Positions 58,901 through 64,000 of a DNA stretch of 64,000 bases are shown here, one piece after another. The translations under genes and the position numbers were made by a program. The notes beneath the pieces are model-generated. The model was not told the DNA's origin. It ran no database searches and worked only from the letters and a program-made list of their open reading frames with translations. The DNA is from Raillietiella orientalis (taxonomy: Eukaryota): the NCBI GenBank assembly GCA_036172245.1, contig JAYWIR010000031.1, positions 2,604,001 to 2,668,000 on the forward strand, written 5' to 3'. The stretch's first letter is position 1; each line of letters opens with the position of its first letter.

Positions 58901-59200
58901 ACGAATGTTAAGCAGGTACTTGAATTTTAGATCCCCATTTAATATGAGAATCAGAAGAGCACATTTTGTAAATTGTCGAAACACTTGTTGACAAACCAAT
59001 AAAATGATTTGTTCTTTTGTTGCAGCGTTTTCTGCAAAATTGAATGCATTTGTTTTCCATGTCAATCCTCCCCATGAAAACGGAAAACTGAATGGTTTAG
59101 TTGTGGTGCTTAGGTGGTCAGATGTCGATGTGTCCTTGGGCACTCCAGGATCACTGAGCTCCGATCCTATAAATCACCCGCCTCGTAACTCCGTGACGTT
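55950..59200 (-). mobile_element. Heavily decayed L1-clade non-LTR retrotransposon ORF2 remnant
   Basis: Minus-strand fragments in canonical order: ALLILILNGDLKFKYLLNIRA (~58900-58960; cf. ITLIPK..NWRPI), SDRIDLHLFILSMGSCG (~58430-58480; cf. AFDRV.W.FL...L...G), FPISLGT..PIHLFSLSLEII (~58170-58260; cf. F.I.RG.RQG.PLSP.LF.L..E.L), NFSKSK (~57690), LLGILPN..LLGKKFI (~56165-56230; C-terminal tail). Many stops and frameshifts; boundaries approximate. Confidence 0.55.
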
Positions 59201-61170
59201 TCGTCGTGAATGTTCTTTGCTTCCTGTACCATTCATGCTACATCTGTCAGTCCTATCCCAGTTTGCGTTATTTAGAATGAACTATTTAATGTTTAGTCAA
59301 AAGAGATACTCAACTGAGTATATTGCATATTGGAGGATTGTGTAAGATGTGCTTAACGCATGCTCTACACGTTTATAAGGATTTTTTTGTTACGAAACGT
59401 ATGATTTCCTGGATTGATCCATAAAACATATTTATACTTTGAAATGGGCTAAGTCAAGTAATCAAAGACATACTCATTTCAATAGGTGTAACACAGAATA
59501 TTATTAATAGACCTAAAAACCTACTTAAGTTATACTGCTCAAATAAATCCTCTTGAGAATTTCAGATTTTTTTGAGTATGAAACTGATGTTATGTTTGAT
59601 AAATAAATGAAAAATTAATTTTAAAATGATTTCATTGATTCAATATGGAAGAAAAAACAAAGGTTTCCGATAAAGCAAGCTCATGAAATAAATGCTGCCT
59701 TTCATCAGTATACATGCAGATACCAAACTATGTACAAGACATAATACATAGTGCCCATTACCACAAGAATAACAGTCTCTCTTACACCAAATGGAAGCAT
59801 TCTTATGATAACGTCTGGGCTGACATAATTTGCAGGAGACCAAGAGGTATGTTTTAGAATTTGGTGTCAAAATTTTACAATTGAAAGCATTAACGATTAC
59901 TGCAACGTTACTTATCGTCAAAAATTCTCTATAAAAGTGAAAAGAAATATCCAAAATTGAAATATTTTTTCGAATTCATTTACAACATTATTACATCCTT
60001 CAAAATGCAATTCGGCCCAATTCTGATGGAATGCAATTGGGTTTATCGTATAAAACACACTGGTTTCACTCGCTATGTGTATTATTGACTCTATTTTAAC
60101 AGGCAGTCACTCAACATAGTGGGTTTCCTCGATAAGTTATAGAAGTTTGATTCTTTTGGCTTCTCTGTTGAGTATCATGATTTAAGATATTTAATTCAAA
60201 TATATACACAGTCAGCGTGCGTGCAGGTCTCTACATTGCTTCGTTAATTTTTTAGAAAAAAACGAATTCCTGTACTTCATTCTCGGAAAGTACACGGCCT
60301 GTTAGAAGTGCATATAGCTAATTGATTAATTCTCAACAGGATAATATGATAATATGAATGATTTGCACGAGATGCACATTCATTCAAACGCGGTGTACAT
60401 TTGCGTGTTTGCACGAGTGGGAGGTATCTGCAGATCCTAACAAATTCTGTTTGTAGCTACTTATAGCTATGAAAGATTAAGTTTTGCCAATTGCTTTAAT
60501 ACAGAACAACATATCTTCACAGTGTTCTAAAAATACGACATACTTTTGTGTAAAAAATTCTTGTACTGGATTTGTAGTGGAAAAGGAAAGCAATGGTGAT
60601 CCACTAAATTCAATACAGTAATTAAAATCCATACTGTAGATAGATAATAATATAAGTTTGGCATGAAAGATTGGAATACAACCGAATACCAACAGCAATC
60701 TTGATTTTCCGAGATTATAAGATTAAACATAAATTATGAGTCGTCTACCTCAAAGATGCGTTTTCACATTATTTATAAACATTTTGTAGACACCTGCCTT
60801 TTATGATGGCAAATCGTCTTCATCATTTGACTTATCATCGCATTTCAAAAGAATTCTACCTCTCTATAAAAAGCCTTTTTATTTGTCATCAATTTTAAAT
60901 CCGGTTTTATATTTAACCTTACAAAGATAGGCAATTACCGAAAAGACCACTTCCGATTATGAAGCACACTCAGGGGTGAATTTCAAAAAAAAAAAAAAAA
61001 AGGGAAAAAAAAAAAACAAGACTTGGTACATCCTGATTTTGGAATTAAACGGTTGTGAAGTAACGATTTCAAACCGAGTTGTGCTTCAGGCCCCAGTGAT
61101 GAATACGATGCGTTCGAGAGTACTATGTTGTGACATGAAAGTTATGGGGTTCATTTCCGGTGGTTAGTCG

Positions 61171-63732
61171 ATGGTACCTCCACTACTTCTAGAGGGGAAT
61201 TCAGGTTATCTGACTCCATCGATAGATGCTTTAATCCATCATGTGCCAACAACTGAATTATTATGTAAATTCGAGATAGATTCGTCACCTTTAGGCAGGT
61301 ATATAAACAATAGGCATTTTATGTTCGGTGTTGGTAAATTAACTTTTTTCAGAAGTAGATTTGCCATTGTGAAAAAAGTCACCGATAAAAGCAGCAAAGC
61401 TGAATTTGCAGCAAAAATAATCAAGAAAACTAAAAGAGGTTGCGACATTACGAAGGATATCTATCAGGAAGTTGCAATATTGCAATTATCACTACATTGC
61501 CCCTACATCGTGCAGATGCATGAAGTATATCAGACATCGAAAGAAATTGCAATCATTCTAGAATTGTAAAGCAGCAACTTAATTTGAGTAATTTTTAAGC
61601 GCATGTTTTCAAAGGATGCAAGGTGGAGAGCTGCAAAGTTTGATAGACAAAGAAGAGAAAATCGAAGAAATACATGTTAAGAAGTACATATCACAAGTAT
61701 TGAAAGGTTTGCAGTACTTGCATGACAAAAAAATCGCTCATTTGGATATTAAGGTATATAGTTATATAATTAGGATGAATCGATAATTTAGCCGGATTTG
61801 TTGGATTTTTTTCATAAAAAGTTGTATGTTTATTTCGTGTTTTAGCCACTTAATATTCTTCTTACTAATCCACATCCTCATGGAGATGTCAAATTGTGTG
61901 ACTTTGGAATCTCGCGATATATTGATCAGAGTGCAGATATAAGAGAAATTTTTGGAACTCCCGACTATGTAGGTAAGAATATTTAAAGTTTTCTGTTTCA
62001 TAAATAGATCTAGAATGGGCTGCATGATGTGAAGTGATAGTGAACTTTGTATTTCATACATGATAAAGGTGTACAGTAAAATCGGTGAATATTTGTTTAG
62101 TTTTAACATCAGTTTACCATTTTTTGGCAATTGTTACTGATGCTTGTTTTGCTTGGATATCAGTTTTATAAATGTGTTGTTCAACTTTTTTGTGAAGTGC
62201 ACATAAGTACTTCAAGAGTTTAGAACTCAGTGCTGTTGATTCAAAATTCGTGATTTATGTGAATAGTTGTATTGAAATGACGTATTTTGAAGAAATATTT
62301 TTTAATTAGCTATCATGAGTATAGCACAGGAATTAGATCCGAATAGATACTATTGATACTTTCATGAATGGATGAATCGAAAACGTACTTTACACAACAA
62401 AAGCTTATGCACAACAAAGGTTCATTTCTATGGTTTTCGTTTTTATTGTAACATCTTTTTGTTGCTAGATGTGTATTGGTGATGAAAACAGTACTGAAGC
62501 AAAGGAGTTTTTAAGAAGTGATTCCTTCATTTATGGCTCTAACCACTATGAGTCACTTCATTATAAGCTGGATGCAAATTTTGCATTTTCCGTTTCTACC
62601 CATTCTTTTAATCCGATTGGAAACTAAATATCCTTGGTTTAGCTGTTTAGAATTAAATGCAAATTTTGTTCAATTAGTTGTAAATGTTTTCCAGCTTAAG
62701 TGATCTGGTCAGTCTAGTTTAGTCCAGTTGTTTCCCTGAGGGAAACCAATTTTCTTTTTGTCAAAGGATTTCTTGTGATATAGACTTTCCTAGAATCTTG
62801 TTCAGTCACAATTGAATTTTTTTAGCATTTATTTTTAAACATTGTTGAATCATATTAGTTTATAATTTTATAAAATATATTAAGAATAAGTATGCAGTGG
62901 AAAATTTTTCCATTTCCATCATTAAATAAAATCACCTTTCTTAAACAAAACTGACTGGTTTATACATCATTAAAGGTGTTCAGATTTTTTGTTTGTTGAA
63001 TGAATTTTCAATGTTATATTTTGTATTCTTTGTTATTACGTGCAGTGTTTAACATTCATATCTGAAATACTTCCCAGTTATTTCTTTTGTTTCTGTAGGC
63101 ACTGTTCTGTGTTTGGTTTTAAATTTAGCACTGTGGTATCATAAAATTTCAGTTCCATCTTTGCACTGCAACTGTGCATCTTTTACATTCAACAGTAACC
63201 ATTTTAAAACAGATTTTCGAACAATTCTCAAGTTGCTTTATTTGTTAATCAGTAAAAGCAACTTAAAAACACTCTTGAAATTTTTATCATTCAAAAAAAA
63301 ACTAAGAGATGGGATTAAGTTGTTTTCTGATGTATAATCAATGATTGTTTGTTTAATTCTTTATCTTTTGGAGGAAAACTTCAGCTGTTTATCAGTTGTT
63401 TGTATTTTTAGCCCCAGAAATACTGAATTTTGATCCTATTGGCCTTTTCACGGATATGTGGTGAGTTTAGGAAGACCATGGTTCAAACAATTAAAATTGG
63501 GGAGAAAATTTGTTTCTCATGTTTTTGTCAACTAACTGAACAATTGTTTCAGGTCTGTTGGAGTACTCACCTACGTTTTACTCACTGGCCTTTCTCCCTT
63601 TGCTGGTGATGACAAACAAGAGACTTATTGTAACATTACTACGAGAAACTTCTCATTTCCAGAGGATGTCTTTCAAGAAATCAGTAATGAAGCTAAGCAT
63701 TTTATTGATTCTCACCTCAACATGAACCCCAG
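61171..63732 (+). CDS. Drak: DRAK/STK17-type (DAPK-related, CAMK group) Ser/Thr kinase, 3'-partial
   Basis: Exons 61171-61298, 61353-61565, 61615-61753, 61846-61972, 63412-63460, 63553-63732, continuing. Motifs [93 protein letters not shown] are typical of STK17A/B and Drak. Confidence 0.9.
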
Positions 63733-64000
63733 GTATTTTATATAAAACATAAATGTACCTTGAAGGAACAATTAATATCATAATGGCATGAAGATGCCAG
63801 TTTTAGACTAAGGCAGCATTGTTTCTCAAATTACATGAGCAGGAGTGCAAATCGGATTCTATGATCACTTAAATTGCCATTTTAATTTGAACATTATGTA
63901 GCATTAATGGTTCTATTATGTATGATCTATTAAGGGACAGAAAAATTGTGAAAAGTAGTTTACAACAATTCTTACAGCATTTGAAGATGACCGCACACCT

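Noticed and set aside
63941..64000. Next Drak exon (RKIVKSSLQQFLQHLK...)
   Set aside because: The acceptor lacks a pyrimidine tract and the translation only loosely resembles kinase subdomain XI; truncated by the window end.

Overview
Eukaryotic (metazoan, most likely arthropod) genomic DNA with spliceosomal GT-AG introns, so almost all entries in the ORF track are spurious or exon fragments. Five spliced protein-coding genes can be rebuilt by hand with consistent reading-frame phases. (1) The 3' end of an agrin-like gene (LamG-EGF-LamG; + strand, 3116-12776, upstream exons not found). (2) A complete Imp/IGF2BP gene with 2 RRM + 4 KH domains (- strand, 24382-30517). (3) TMEM177 (- strand, 31426-33275). 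(4) WDR33/Pfs2 (+ strand, 41749-54002). (5) The kinase domain of a DRAK/STK17-type kinase (+ strand, 61171 to beyond 63732). The window changes from a strongly GC-rich left domain (about 0.3-18 kb) to an AT-rich right domain. The GC-rich domain is interrupted by three mutually homologous AT-rich islands, each bounded by a conserved ~35-bp motif in inverted, outward-facing orientation; this is the most unusual unexplained structure here. Also present: a class of ultra-short introns (38-54 nt), a TSD-flanked 5'-truncated L1/Tx1-like LINE plus a 21-bp TSD-flanked copy of its 3' stem-loop, other decayed transposon remnants, and an agrin intron at the position and phase of the vertebrate neural z/B splice site. 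No rRNA, tRNA or CRISPR array was seen. All calls are by eye; no searches were run and GC levels are visual estimates.
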